Shown: positions 50,040-63,026, counted from the first letter of the stretch. The stretch: DNA of 64,000 nucleotides from Massalongia carnosa (GCA_965645245.1 OZ287069.1:2480001-2544000); one strand, 5' to 3'. Made by a program: numbers and translations. The notes: generated from the sequence alone by a model not told the origin.

Positions 50040-50515
50040 TCTAGGTGGGGACAGGCTCGACCTGCTAGAGATGAAACTGAAAAGGAAATCTCGTAATTCC
50101 TATCTTGGCCGTCCTACGAGCATCCTGGATCAACTGAAAATCGTATCTCTTCAACAGAGTGCAGATTCAGTTCGCCTAGTAGATTTGATGAGTGTTTTGA
50201 GTTTTATAAATAACCTCCCACAACTTTTTTCTACATTCGTCATAGCGTGGAACTTTAGTTAGTGTCTTTCTTACGCGATTTATATTCTTCCCGTGCCTCC
50301 CAATCGCGAACTTTCTATCATTTTCTTGCGCCAGCTAAAAATCTATCGCAACTCCTCATCCTTCAACGGACCCTCAATTATCTTTTCACCCCTCTCACTT
50401 ATTATCTTGAACCTTCAACTTCCGCTCGAATAAGGATCACGCGTCGCGCGACCTCCGGCGCAAAGTGGAGTCTTACATCTTAACAGAACTGACGCGATAA
50501 CCTAGAAATAGTTTA

Positions 50516-51771
50516 ATGCCTCGTAAGTTTCTCACCTAGGTAATCTGTACTTTGATAGTTCTTAGACGAACTACAAGCATTAATTCAGATACCATATTTC
50601 TAGCTCCACTGCCGGTAGAGAGCGAAGCTGAATCAATGGCTGGAGATGTCACCCCTACCCAGGCCGACCCTTCAAACCAAGCTGAGGAGGAGCTTGCCAA
50701 TGCCGTGGATGCTGTCATGGAGGAGAAAAATGAGGAAGGTGAAGAAGAGGATGATGATGCGGATGAGGATGACGAAGTGTACGACCAGCCATAGGCTTAC
50801 AATGCACGACCCTAATAATCCATTTTGTAGCTACGTTGTTGAAGCTATCCTGGACCACCGCTCAGATTTCGACGATGTACGTTGAATCTACACGCGCGAT
50901 TCCTCTCGGTTCATAGCTAACGCACCGTAAACCTTAGGGACAGATGCGTTACCACGTCAAATGGAAGGGGTATGAGAAGAAATCCGAAAGAACCTGGGAA
51001 AAAGAAGACAGTTTCATGTAAGCCAATTGCCCTCTTATCGCCGTGTCACTACTCTCCTCAGCTCCGAATCCGTAAAAATAACCACCATCTTTTTCCCTAG
51101 AGGCGCGCGCGACATTCTGGAGGGCTACTGGGAAAAACTGGGAGGCAAACCAATCGCTGGCCCTAAATCCGCGTCCAAAAAGCGTGCCCGTCAATCCGCG
51201 GGCGGTAGCGGAACTCCGGACTCCACGGTCGTGAAAAAGCAGAGAAAATCCGTCGGCGGACGGAAGAGCAAGGACGCTAGCGCACTCGTAGTTGGAGACG
51301 AGGAGAACAACAAGACCCCCGAGCCGCCGGTCGGGTTTACTGAAGTTGGCGCCGATGACTGGAAGCCGCCCAAGGCGAACAGCGGCGCGTGGGACAATGA
51401 GGTGCAGAACGTAGATACAATCGAAAAGGACGACCAGGGCGAGTTGTGGGCGTATCTGGTTTGGAATGACACGAACGAAGACGGCCGCTTCTACCGAAGC
51501 AAGGCGAAGCTTGCAGTCTGCAACAAGGCTTGTCCGCAACGGGTGCGTTGATTCTCTCACCTTTTTGACTTTTGGATTTAGCCCTTAAAGGAAACAATGG
51601 CTAACTTTTTCGAATTAGATGTTGCAATTCTACGAGAAACATGTGTACGTTTTTCTTTTCCCCTCGTCCCTTCCTTCCACACACCTCCTAGCTAACCCAA
51701 AACCCCTCCGACTTAGCGTTTTCACTAACAACCGCACCAACTTCTCCGAAAACAACGGACACCCGGCGTAA
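50516..51771 (+). CDS. Heterochromatin protein 1 (HP1/Swi6): chromodomain plus chromo-shadow domain
   Basis: Acidic N-terminus, YVVEAILDHR, YHVKWKGYEKKSERTWE, basic hinge, WDNEVQNVDTIE..YLVWND..CPQR/MLQFYEKH; several short introns. Confidence 0.9.
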
Positions 51772-52953
51772 AACTTTCAACCCCCATACTCTCTTGAGCG
51801 TTTTCTCTCGCTCCTCACCAACCCACATCTTCGTTTGGTTTTTGTTACCAATCAAACTTGTAAAACTGGCCCTTAGTGCTATTCTTCCAAACCTCAATTT
51901 CCTCCAGCATGCAATTCCTCAAAGCCGGCGTTTTTTAAAAATTTCCGTCTTATCTCTTCCGTAAACCTAAACTTCCTTGTTTTGTCAACCCTGTTTCTTC
52001 GGTCCGCGCGAAATCCTCCTTCCTTTTTTTCTACTAGACTCTGCATGTTTTCTTTCCGTGCTAGTCTCGGGAGAGGGAAGTGAAGGGGGACAAAGGAAGG
52101 CATGGCCGGGAAGGCTTTATTTGCTGTGAAGAAGGTGGATGGAAAAGTGGAGAGAGGAAGGGAAGTTGGAGGATTTGGCTTCATGAATTTTTCTTTCACT
52201 TGCCTACCTGCCTACCTACCCTGTTTGTTAATTAGCAACTCTTGAAGGGAGTGGGGGGACCTTTGGCTACTTCATAGATGCAGCCTGCCACACTTCTCTA
52301 CCTCCCTCCATCCATATCTAGAGATAACTAGGTAGCTAGTCACTTCGGTTCTTGACCGGAAACCGCGCCATTTAGACAGTTTTCAGATGCAAGGCGCCTG
52401 CTTGGTGGTGCAGGGGGCTTACACGATAAGAGTTTAAAGAAGCCTGATAAACACATGGATTTTTTCGGAATTTTCTGTTCCCTTTATAAAATTAATGGGG
52501 GTTTCTCCAGGGTTAGTCCGAGGGCAGTAAGAGTGAGTTATCATATACTTATCTACCGAGAGAGAAGAAGGCAGGCTAGAACATATATAGGTAGGTAGGT
52601 AGGTATGTATCGTCACCAAAAGCCCCGTCCCGTCCAGCGTACTCCCCTATGTGGTATCACGTATGTATGTATGTAAAGCGACCTCTGTCCACCTGTTAAC
52701 ACAAAACCCTAAATGGGACTCTCTAACTTAAAATAGGTAGCTAGAGCTTTCTTCTAAGATCTCCCTTCCAGTCAGGATGCAATAATTTTACAAGCTAAAT
52801 GTTGATTAAAACTCGCCTGGAGTACGGGGTCAATATTGGCCGCTCCCCAAGCATAAATAGGGCGTCAAACACAAAACACAAAAATTCCTGCGCAGCAGCT
52901 CCAACTCTTCCTACCATAGCGAGCAATTTCCCTTGGGAAAGCCCTAGCCTACC

Positions 52954-54606
52954 TTACGACAAGACAATCCCCTTTGCCACCCCCACGTCTTCCCAATCCA
53001 CCTGCCACACGCTCAAAATGCTCATTTCCCATCTCTTGCCTGATGCGTCGCGTTTGATTCTGCCCATCACCCTTGCCATCTTCCCCCGTCCCCCGTCCCC
53101 AAGAAAAACCCGGGAATCAACATCCCATAAGCCGACTCCTCTCCACAAGCCAAACGTGCCGGCTAAAAACGGCGGTTTCCCCCCAGTGAAAAGGTCTGTG
53201 AACTGGAAATGCTGCTTGAAGCTCTCCAAGACACGTTCCGAGGAAACGACGCGCGCGTATAGCTCGATGATGGCGTCGACGTTGGAGCGGGAGGCGGCGG
53301 CGGCGGCGTTTAGGGCGTCGCCGATGCGGAAGCAGGTGCGGAGGAGCATGCGGGTCGTTAGGCCGGTGATTGGAGAGCGATCGCGGAGCGGAGGCGGGAA
53401 GGGCGGTCGAATGAAGGGGATTGGGTTTCCTTCCGTGTCGAACGATATCAAGTGAGGCGTGTCAGTAGGTGGCTGTGGTAAATCGAGTAAAGTGGTAGGG
53501 GTGTGAGTTGGCGAAGCTACGGACTGGAGATTCCTTAAGGCTGGCGGAGTTGGTTGTACGATGGAGGATGAGACAACCCCGACTGTATGTTTAGTTGTTT
53601 TCGTCTCTAAGGACTCAAAGTCTATGTCATCGTCATCGGAAAGACTGTCAGCATGTTCTAAGCACTTTGAGTTGGCATGTCCAGAGTGCAATTCGTCAAC
53701 TGCAGAGAAAGCGGATCTTGAGACTGGACAAGTTAAAGAAATAATATCCGCTCCATTCATGACGACCGTTTGAAAGGTTTTGCCATCCTTCGTTGTGGTT
53801 GGTATGTCTAAGCTAGAAGAGACTTCTAGCCATTCTAGCTCACTACCGTATTCGTCGTTAATAGGTGAAAGCTCATCGGGCTGGCCTTGAGACACCGGCA
53901 TGTATACGGAATGAGCACTTGTTTCTCCGTTCCCTGTTAGCTGCATGATTTCTTCAATCTCTTCTTTGTCCATCGGAAAGTCATATACTTCGTCATAGCT
54001 ACTCTCTACAATACAATCTTGCCCACCCTGAAGTTCATGGATCGCTGCTTGTCCAGATGGCGGCAAGTCGAGGCTTTGACAAATTATGAGATTGGTTACA
54101 TTCCTTGACTGGTCCTTAGACGAGCGGTCTTTATCCGTCATCTCAACTACCAAGGAACCAGTCTCTCTTCCAGGATTTGCTGTACCATAGTTAGCTCTTA
54201 TGCTTAGTTGGATTGCACTCGAGTCCGGTGGAGTAAGCTTCAAGTTTTTCTTCTGCAGCACCATGATATCGTTTTTCCTATCGGGAACAATATCTCGCAC
54301 AAATGGTGTCTTATTTGATGAACGGTGTTGTAGATCCTGGGATAATCTAACCTTCCTATAGGGAATAGACTTTGTCACTCTCAAGCCTCGAGAGATGTCC
54401 TGATTTTTGGTTTTTGGAAATTCTTTAGATCTTGCTGCTAATTCAGGAACTTGATCCCATTTGCGCTTGGAGGCCAAACGGGGAGTAGCCTTTTCCATCC
54501 CTAGATCCGCTCCCTCAGTCACATTGAGAAAGTTTCCTGTTGCTGACTTAAGTGAGTTGATCTGGTTGATGGGTGTAAAGTTATTAATCAGTGGCTCAGG
54601 TTTCAT
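52954..54606 (-). CDS. Hypothetical protein with disordered N-terminus and conserved-looking C-terminal domain
   Basis: 550-aa ORF; the C-terminal PFIRPPFP..RDRSPITGL..RTCFRIGDALN..ELYARV..KQHFQFTDLF segment is GC-rich and globular-looking. Function not recognised. Confidence 0.7.
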   Translation of the reverse strand: MKPEPLINNFTPINQINSLKSATGNFLNVTEGADLGMEKATPRLASKRKWDQVPELAARSKEFPKTKNQDISRGLRVTKSIPYRKVRLSQDLQHRSSNKTPFVRDIVPDRKNDIMVLQKKNLKLTPPDSSAIQLSIRANYGTANPGRETGSLVVEMTDKDRSSKDQSRNVTNLIICQSLDLPPSGQAAIHELQGGQDCIVESSYDEVYDFPMDKEEIEEIMQLTGNGETSAHSVYMPVSQGQPDELSPINDEYGSELEWLEVSSSLDIPTTTKDGKTFQTVVMNGADIISLTCPVSRSAFSAVDELHSGHANSKCLEHADSLSDDDDIDFESLETKTTKHTVGVVSSSIVQPTPPALRNLQSVASPTHTPTTLLDLPQPPTDTPHLISFDTEGNPIPFIRPPFPPPLRDRSPITGLTTRMLLRTCFRIGDALNAAAAASRSNVDAIIELYARVVSSERVLESFKQHFQFTDLFTGGKPPFLAGTFGLWRGVGLWDVDSRVFLGDGGRGKMARVMGRIKRDASGKRWEMSILSVWQVDWEDVGVAKGIVLS

Positions 54607-54973
54607 GTCAAGACAAAATCATCCGTAAAATCTGTCTGCACCGATTGATAGGAAGAAAAAGCACGGTGTATCTATTTAAAGAATTTAGGAGAATCCTATG
54701 TACCCCTAAATCTGAACCATAGAGTAGCAGGTATGGAAGTAAGATAATACTGCAGAAAAACTGCATGCCCAAGAGAAGACTACGACCTGTATTCTTAACA
54801 CACACAAAATAGTAAAAAAGATATGCAAATCAAGGCTCAGGGAAATCGTCAAGAAAATGGTGTTAGAATTAATAAAGTAGATTTTTAGTTGACAAATATA
54901 GACATAGTACGCTAACTACTTTGGTAGAAATCTAACTGACTTAATGTTGGCGTAGGTGAAGATAACGTTACTA

Positions 54974-55021
54974 TGCATCCGAAGTACATCCGAGGTGCAT
55001 CCGAGGTGCATCCGAGATGCA
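54974..55021. repeat. 11-bp tandem repeat (TGCATCCGAGG) x4
   Basis: tgcatccgaag tacatccgagg tgcatccgagg tgcatccgaga tgca. Confidence 0.85.
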
Positions 55022-55440
55022 AGGTAACGTGATTGGTAGTTAAGCTCCTCTTGCTAGGAAGACGTACGCCATCCACCGTGTATCCGGTGTACATCCAGAA
55101 ATATCAGAACGAGGTGGTTTGGCCATCCCTATGGACCAAGCGCAGTATAACTTACCGTCAAAATCAGTGTTAATCAAAACCATCTGTGATAACTATTAAA
55201 GTCTTCATCTTTATACTGGGCCAAGTCGCCAGAACAGTATCTCGTTCTACAGTATCTTACCTGTACATCATCGTCAACAGCAGCAGGCTTCTTCCAGGCT
55301 TCCATGCGCAGCTTAAATCATGAAATGACGACCGAAGCTTCCGTAAACCCTACTTTCTCTCTGTCGTCTAGCTATCTGTTCACGCGTCGCCTCTGACTTC
55401 ACACCACGGCATTCTTCTATTTCTCCTTCAGGTCGCTGGG

Positions 55441-57039
55441 ATGTTTTCAAGCTCAGTGAGTTGTGCCATCTTCGCTCAGATCATATTACGCAGATTCGAA
55501 GCAACTCGTTGGTCATTGTAGTCATAGATGATTGTTTACGATGGAACTGTCATCTCTCCACAGGTCAATGTGTATCTAGTTGTGTGTGCCAGCACCAACA
55601 TAACCGTTTTCTCTATCTTGGCGTCCGATTTTTAAAATCCATATTTGCCATGCTAAAGTCTCTTTTCCCAATTTTGCAGAAGAAGCCGTACTCAGCGATC
55701 ACGGTTCAGGTCGACCGGTTGACCAGCGAGCAATACGAGGCGGATGATTTGAGTGGTATCGTTGACTTAATTGAAGTCATAAGATTACAGGCGGGCGGAC
55801 CAACTGAAGCTGCACGAGCAATTCGAAAAAAGCTGTGAGCTCATGTGAATAAGTGAGTGAATGCGTGTATCACTAAAAACTAGTATTCCAGTAAATACGG
55901 AAATGTTCATCAGCAGCTGCGGGCTTTAACTGTCTTGGATGGGCTCATTGAAAATGCTGGCCCTCGCTTTCAACGTGTTTTTGCTGACGAACCACTTCTC
56001 GAGCGTCTTCGTGTAGCTGCTACTGACCCACTGTCGGATGCAGCGGTAAAGCAGAAATGCCAGATGCTTTTCCGGCAATGGGCGCTTGACTATAAAACCC
56101 CGGGAATGGAGCGAGTTGCCGCGTTGCATAAACAGTTTCCTCAGAGAAAGCAGCCGTCGCGCCAAGAGAAATCCAAAGTATTGAATGAGACAGAACTAGA
56201 AGCAAATGAGGATCCATTTGGCAATCACGACTCTCACGCCAGCAGTGGAGGTCCTCTACAGTCCCTTCATTTACCAGCCAGCGGAGTATTCTCCTCAACC
56301 TCTCTCTCCCCTGGACCGATCGTTTCTTCATCCAAACCCCTTAAAACAAAGCACGGCAAGAAAGCCAAATCCAAACCGTTCAACCTCGAAAAGGAGAAGC
56401 CCCAACTCCTCCAAACCATTGCTTCATCATCTGTAGCCAGTACGAACCTCATGAACGCCCTGAAGCTGATCAATAGGGAGCACAAACGGGTTAGCGAAGA
56501 CCGGGAAACTTTGAATCGGTTCGAGACCTGCAAGCTATTGCGACGACAGATACTGCATTACATCCAGCATGTGGAGAGCGAACAGTGGCTGGGGAGCCTG
56601 ATTCATGCCAACGAGGAGCTGGTCACTGCTTTGATGTCATTTGAAGTGTTGGACAAGAGTTTGGAAGATGACAGCGATAGTGACGATGATAAGGTGACCG
56701 ATGGTTCCAATCCCGAACCTGCCAGGAGAAAATCGGTTCAAGGAGCTTTCGCCGGTTTGACAATTGAGAAATCCTCAAAAAACGCTTCTCCTGCAAGAGC
56801 TCTGTTTGGAACAGCCAAGGTAGACGATTATCCGGATGAAGATGATGACGACGATTATGACGAAGCCAAAGATGATGATGATGGCGGCATTTCAGGGAAT
56901 GAAGCTGACGATGATCCGTTTGCGGACCGCAACGCAGTCCCGGACCACAGGCCGGCAAAGAAACCTACGGAGTGGTAAGCTACGAACCCTCTAACTGTAG
57001 GTCCCACAGAACTGATTGGGTCTTAGGAAGAAGCTTTAA
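55441..57039 (+). CDS. LSB5: VHS/GAT-domain endocytic adaptor, Lsb5-like
   Basis: MFSSS / KKPYSAITVQVDRLTSEQYE..GPTEAARAIRKKL / KYGNVHQQLRALTVLDGLIENAG; GAT-like LIHANEELVTAL; acidic tail with DPF. Confidence 0.82.
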
Positions 57040-57786
57040 GTTTCACGACCTCTAATGTTTAACCCGAGGACTTTTGGCATTTGCAAGACCTCAAAAGATT
57101 TCTGTCACTCTTCCGCAAGGCTCTTGTTTCTATGTTTATACTTTAGTCCCCCTAATGATCTAGAAGAAATTTATATAGCTACACGGCTCATTCATTTTCT
57201 ACATACATCTTCATGATCTCCATTCGGCCCACGAACCGATACTGAAAGCGGGCTTTTGTAAACGCTCAACACAGTACCTTTGATGGTATCCTTCCTTGAT
57301 ACATTTGCTCCCCCAAAACCTCTCAAACCGAGCCTTACATAAACCTCATCCACTTTCCACCCTCGTCCTCCCTCTCCGTAAAACGACAGACATGCTAGCT
57401 AGATAGCTTTCCCCCTATCTACATAGTGCCAGAGCTAGATATTGTGCACGGAGAAAATATTCGGGAGTGGAATGGAAAAGGTATATATTCGAAAAGTAGC
57501 GATATGTATGTATCTCTGTAAACAGGTCGTATTCGGGGTAAATAGGGTCTGAAGCGGATGGAAAATCAACGCTCCTGATTGACCGACCAACCGACCGGAA
57601 TTTCCTTCCCTTCCCTCCGCCAAAAAAAAAAGCTACATATGTAGCTAACAATGTAACTTATCATCATCAATAGCTTTGCACCATAGAACACACCCTTACT
57701 TTTCTTCCTTCCCCTCTCCCTCTCCCACCCCCTTTCAATTCCTTCCCGAAATAACAATAGATATTCCATACACAACAGCACAAACA

Positions 57787-59543
57787 ATGCCCATTGGCAT
57801 CCAGCGCCTAAACGCGCGCCATCAGCAACCAAATTCCCGCATTGTAAGCCCTTTTCCCCCGCTCCCCACGACATCCCAACAATCTCCCCCTCCCAATATC
57901 CCCTCCTTTAGGGATTTCCCTCCACAGCTCTCCCTCATGGAAATAACACAATATTTACAAATATAATACCTACACAGCTCTTCATCAAACCCCTTCCCGG
58001 GCCAACATGCGCGTACGCGCAAGATTTCCTCGAGCGAGTCGCCGCTATCGTGCATCCAATCATGACAGCGCATCATCTCAGCATCACCGCGCTAGAGGAA
58101 TACGCGCCCAACGCGGAGTTTGCCGGGCGCAACTTCAACGCGGGGGAGGTGGTGCAGCTGGTCCTTCGGCGGGGGCGCGGTCGTACGGGACACCCCCGGA
58201 ACGGCGGCGGCGGCGGCGGCAGTCACGGCCACGACCACGGCTACAGCTACAGCTACCATAAGAACGAGGACGAAGATGCAGGGGCGGGCTGGCTCGAGTT
58301 TCGCAGCGTACAAATGGTCATGGTGCATGAGCTCGCGCATTGTGTGCAGATGAACCACTCGGCCGCCTTCTGGGCGGTGCGCAACGCCCTCGCGGCCGAG
58401 CTGCGGGCGCTCTGGGCGAGGGGATACACGGGGGACGGGTTCTGGGGGCGGGGCGAAACGGTGCTGAGCGCGCTGTACGGATCCCCAGGGCGGGGGAGGG
58501 AGGAGGAAGGGATGTTGCCGACGCCACGGACGTTGTGCGGGGGCACGTTCCGGAGCGATGGACGCTCGAGGACGGGGAAGAGGAAGAGGAAGGTGGGGGT
58601 TTCGTATGCCGAACGCGAGCAGAGACGCGTGGCGAGGAGGTTTGGGCAAGGGGGGGTGCCGTTGGGTGATGATGCGCAGGCGCGGGTGCGGTTGGAAGCG
58701 GGCAAGGTGGTGAAAGGTAAGCCTCGCGTGGCGGGCAGTGCACGGGGGAGGGACCTTCGGGCTGCGGCTGCGTTGGCGAGGTTTGGGGAGGGGAAAGGGA
58801 AGACTGAGAAGGAGGAGGACGATGGTGGGAAGCGGGAGAAAGGTGGTGGGAAAGGGAAGTGGGAGCAGAGCGGAAGCGACGACGATGATGACGGTAGTGG
58901 TGACGGTGGCGGTGGCTATGAAGAGCAAGCTGTCGACCTCCTTACGGGAACGAAGATGCTAGACAGGCACGGTCGAGGGCTGATACGGTGCTGCGAGGAG
59001 GAAGATCGAGATGACATTCGGGTCAAGCTGGAAATGAATGAAATACGCGCTCTAGACAGCATCAAATCTCACACAGCGCCAAGTCCTCGCATTCAGCATA
59101 CGGATGAGTCATCTGCGCCTGTGAAGCGGGAGAAGCAGAGCGAAGAGTCCTTATGGAACAACCAACACGAGATCAAATTCCACACCCCCGGGAATTAGAT
59201 GGAGAGGATAAATCCGTCCAGCGCCCTCCCACTCAAACCATCCTCCTCTTCATCAACAGCAGCAGCATTAACCCTACTCTCACCTCAGGAGCCAGCTTCT
59301 ACCTCGATCTCCTCCTCCTCCTTCTCCTCCTCCTCCTCCTCCTCCTGTTGCCTCCTCTGCACGCAGCACAACCTCCCCAATGCCCTCAACTGCACCGCGT
59401 GCGCGCATGTCCTTAACTTGGCAAGAGATGCGCGGCATTGGCAATGCGAGCGCTTGGCGAGTGAGGGAAGCGGGTATGTTAATGGGGGAGACTGTGGGGT
59501 TTGTGGAGTTTGTGGGGGAAGAAGAGGGGGGCTGAGTCCTTGA
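57787..59543 (+). CDS. WLM-domain (Wss1-like) zinc metalloprotease; C-terminal zinc fingers lie behind an in-frame TAG
   Basis: MPIGIQRLNAR, FAGRNFNAGEVVQLVLR, HELAHCVQMNHS (HExxH) and GYTGDGFWGRG. TAG at 59196-59198 is followed in frame by CLLC..CTACAHVL..WQC..DCGVCGVCG. Confidence 0.85.
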
Positions 59544-60632
59544 ATGCCCTTGAATGGCTTAGATGCTACCTTAAGGCGATCCAAAGGCTCAGTACAAGCT
59601 CAAAATACACGGCATTATACTCGTTATAGCGAGATACTTTAGCTCTGCAAGCTGCAAATATATAGATGATCTCCATAACATTAGATGGCTTCCTGTGACA
59701 CAAATCATCGGGATCGAATCGGACCGAATCGATTCTCCCGACAGTGTTGCCTTGTAGGTGATGGGTAGCTGGTCGATGAAAGGGCGGAATTATTTGGTGA
59801 CTGACGAGACTGGATGCAAGAAGATATCTATGTATCTAAAGTGCCGAAGGAAGAGAAAGCTGCGCTGGTGATAGATAATTAGTTGCACTAGGCAGATAGC
59901 CATGCAATGCAAGGAAGCAGCTAGATAATGTTGAATAGTGTGGTAAGAAGAACTTGTTTTCAACAATAACAGCTCTTATGCAGCGACGATATCGTCGAGT
60001 GGTTACAGTTTTCTTCGGAAGCACGATATCTTTGGTTTGATATGTGCATTCCGCACAGCCCTTGCTCCGTCCAAAGGGACATCTTATGAGAAAATTAGAC
60101 AGCTTCTGATAACTTAGCAGCAAAATGACACGTTGCATTCTTGAGGAAGCTATGCAGAGAATCCGATAGTGGATTAGGATAGAAATGGTAGTGGTATCGA
60201 TAGAATAGTTTGGACGTTTTGGAGGCAAAGATGAATATAGTATCAGCGGACATCGTGCATAAAGGCCCATGTATTCTCATTGACAGAGCCTGAACCCCCG
60301 GTTGGGTTAGCAAGTCCACTCATAGCCAACACATTGACTGAACGGCGGAAATGCCGTGTTTTATCGATCAACAATCGTAAAACGCAAGTCACGTCGAACT
60401 CGGAAAATGCCGAGTCCACGAAGCGCCTGCGGTGCGTTGACTCATCTTTTCCCCTTGGATATAAAACTAACATCAAGTGTAGATTTAGCAGTAACTCCTT
60501 TCGAGTAGCAATGAGACCCGTGTCACTACGGAGGTCGTCAAATTCTGATTGATAAGAGGTATCCACATCTCCAGTCTGGTTTGGTCAATTCAATGACGGA
60601 GCAGCCTAAAGTCGCGCTGATACATTATAAGT

Positions 60633-61511
60633 TCAAGAGTAGAAGAGACACCTACCGTCGCCGTGAGCATTTCTGCACTCCAGTCCACAGACTCTGGCAC
60701 CACATTTTAGACATTTAATAGTCCCCCAATAGCCGCATATCTCGCAAAACCGACGCTGAGGCTTCCCCACGGATGGGGCCGCGCGTGCACTGTTGTAGGA
60801 AAGTGCAGCCCCAGAAAGAAGGGCATCCATTATAGCTTCTGACGGCGCGGATGGAACATAAGTCTTGAGCAATGGATCGTCATCAATAGTGTCCCTGTTT
60901 GGGGAATGACGATCCTCTTTAGAAGAATCTGCAATAGCCGCTTCTGAAGCAATAGTATGATGATTTATCGTCGGCGTGGAGGGGATTTGAGCGCTTGATG
61001 ACCGCTTTTGTACAGATTTAGTCTTTAGGAGACGAGTGGAGCCGGAGCGAGATGATCCCAGAACCGAGAGGTTATGATCTTGCGAAGAAAGGCTTGCCTC
61101 TTCATCCGCAAGATGATTTGCAAATGTCTTCTGTGAGGCAAGTATCCGTCGTACATTCTGGGTGACTTTACTTTTTGAACCTGCTGGCATCGGGTCAGGT
61201 TCTACCTCCTGTAGAGTGGGATTTCTCAAATAGGCCGTACCTCTACTTGCACTGTCTTTATGCTTGGCAGGAAGCGATATCTGTACATCTCGTTGATTGT
61301 CCTTATCCAATTCTGCCAGGTGTTTCAGGACTACATTTTGTTGCCTGGTGGTGGTGTCCCCTCCAGCAATACCTGATGTCCTTGCAGCACGCTTACGTGC
61401 ACCTGTAGGCTGTATGGCTAGTTTGGATGGATCATATCCGTTATCAGGGACGTAGGCCCATCCAGGAGCCGAGATTGAAGTAGAGTTAGGAACGATTTCT
61501 ATCTGAGGCAT
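60633..61511 (-). CDS. VPS71: SWR1 complex HIT zinc finger subunit Vps71/Swc6
   Basis: APGWAYVPD, VRRILASQKTFANHLADEE and RRFCEICGYWGTIKCLKCGARVCGLEC..H. Confidence 0.85.
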   Translation of the reverse strand: MPQIEIVPNSTSISAPGWAYVPDNGYDPSKLAIQPTGARKRAARTSGIAGGDTTTRQQNVVLKHLAELDKDNQRDVQISLPAKHKDSASRGTAYLRNPTLQEVEPDPMPAGSKSKVTQNVRRILASQKTFANHLADEEASLSSQDHNLSVLGSSRSGSTRLLKTKSVQKRSSSAQIPSTPTINHHTIASEAAIADSSKEDRHSPNRDTIDDDPLLKTYVPSAPSEAIMDALLSGAALSYNSARAAPSVGKPQRRFCEICGYWGTIKCLKCGARVCGLECRNAHGDGRCLFYS

Positions 61512-61697
61512 GTTGCACCTTTGCCAAGTGGTAGGGTCTTCGAGAACAGATGTTTCCAGCTACCAAATCAGATGGAGTTTTGCATCCGTGGCTTCTTCCA
61601 TGATAGGTTTAGCGGAATTAGCTTCGCGACATTACCGACCGAACGCAACAACGATTATCCTTCGCATACGACTTCCCAACAGGATCCATGAAGCATC

Positions 61698-63026
61698 CAC
61701 GCGGGTGAAAAAAAAAGGGCAAGGTGAGCCGAAATTCCCCCACCAAAACTTATCCTTTTCTTCCCTTTTTTCTTCTTCCACCATTCAACATTTCAATTCG
61801 TATGACCATTGAAATTCTACATACATTCTATTCAATAGCCAGTCATCGCCCCATCAGCCCTAATTACCTCTTCCAATCGTTTGGGCATTGATCGAACTCT
61901 TTCATTGATGAATTCCTGCGTCACCCGTTCCCATCCATCCCCTAATCAGCTGCTTCAAGCTGACATCGTCCCAATGAGGATACATTCGAACATGCTGCTT
62001 CGCTGGCTGCCAGCAATTTGCTATAGGGGACAAATCAGGTGATGAGGCACAATTGAAATAATGCTCTAAATGATGATCTTCCTTCCATTTCTTGACGGCA
62101 TTTCTTGTCTTGCCCGTGCCATGACCAGAGTCTCCATCTTCTTCAAGTACGAAGTCATCCCCACGCTCCAGCCAGGGCTTGACGACGGGGTCAAGAACGG
62201 ATTCAATATACACCTGATGAGTCAATTTACCATTGCTGTTGCCCGGCACGTTATAAAAGATAATATCCGACTTGAAATTGTAGCCAATGCAGCCCAGCAA
62301 TGTTTTCGTTTTCGATCTTTCTCAGGAGGCGGGTCACGATGCTGTATGCAATCCCAACGATATCGTGTTCCGGGCTGACGAATGATTCGTAACTGTCCTT
62401 CCGGCCCATATCCAAAATGAATCTCATCACTAAATCGTACGCGATCCCATTGCTCCGGTTTGGGATATCTGGTCAGCATCATGTGAGCAAATTCGACCCG
62501 TCTTTCCATAGGTGGGTCGGCCAGCCATCCCTTGACGCAGGCCAGACATTTCTCATAGTTTAGAGCAGCCGACATAACATTGTGCATTGTACGACCGACA
62601 ACGTCGGCCCCAATCTCCATAGCCAATTGTTCCCATGTGTATCGTTTTCCTTCCAACTGTAGCCCCTCATCTTGTAGAATGTGATCTGCCTCCTGTATTT
62701 GTGCTTCCGTGACTTTTGATTTGCGACCCCGTGTCTCAACGAGCGTTGAATGATGTCTTCTTCTAGAAGAAGCTCCGTTTCGAATGATCTTATAGCCCTG
62801 TCTCTCGCTTTGAATGGCAAAATGTTGAAAAATCTTTCGAGGATCGATGGAAATGCCTTTTGCAAGAAGAAATTCATAAGTTCCCTGCACCTTGGCCTTT
62901 TGAGGTGTATCGTAGTGGGATGGCATTTGAATGAGGAAGAAGATGGGGAAGAAAAAGGGGAAGAAAAGGGGTAAGTTTTGGTGGGGGAGTTTCAGCTCAC
63001 CTTGCCCATTTTTTTTCACCCGCGTG
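61698..63026 (-). mobile_element. Degenerate Tc1/mariner-superfamily element with ~80-bp TIRs and non-TA flanking duplication
   Basis: TIR CACGCGGGTGAAAAAAAA(A/T)GGGCAAGGTGAGC..CCCCCACCAAAACTTA.. at both ends; GCATC directly repeated outside both ends. Confidence 0.9.
61832..62926 (-). pseudogene. DDE transposase pseudogene
   Basis: [24 protein letters not shown] and [12 protein letters not shown] (expected catalytic E is A); frameshifts near 62289 and 61941. Confidence 0.88.

Noticed and set aside
58092..58928. Long antisense ORFs over the WLM gene, and similar ones over HAL2, PDR and HP1
   Set aside because: Shadow ORFs caused by GC-rich codon usage on the opposite strand.
59836..60566. 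Short minus-strand ORFs downstream of VPS71
   Set aside because: No recognisable domain; multiple stops; may be UTR or noncoding.
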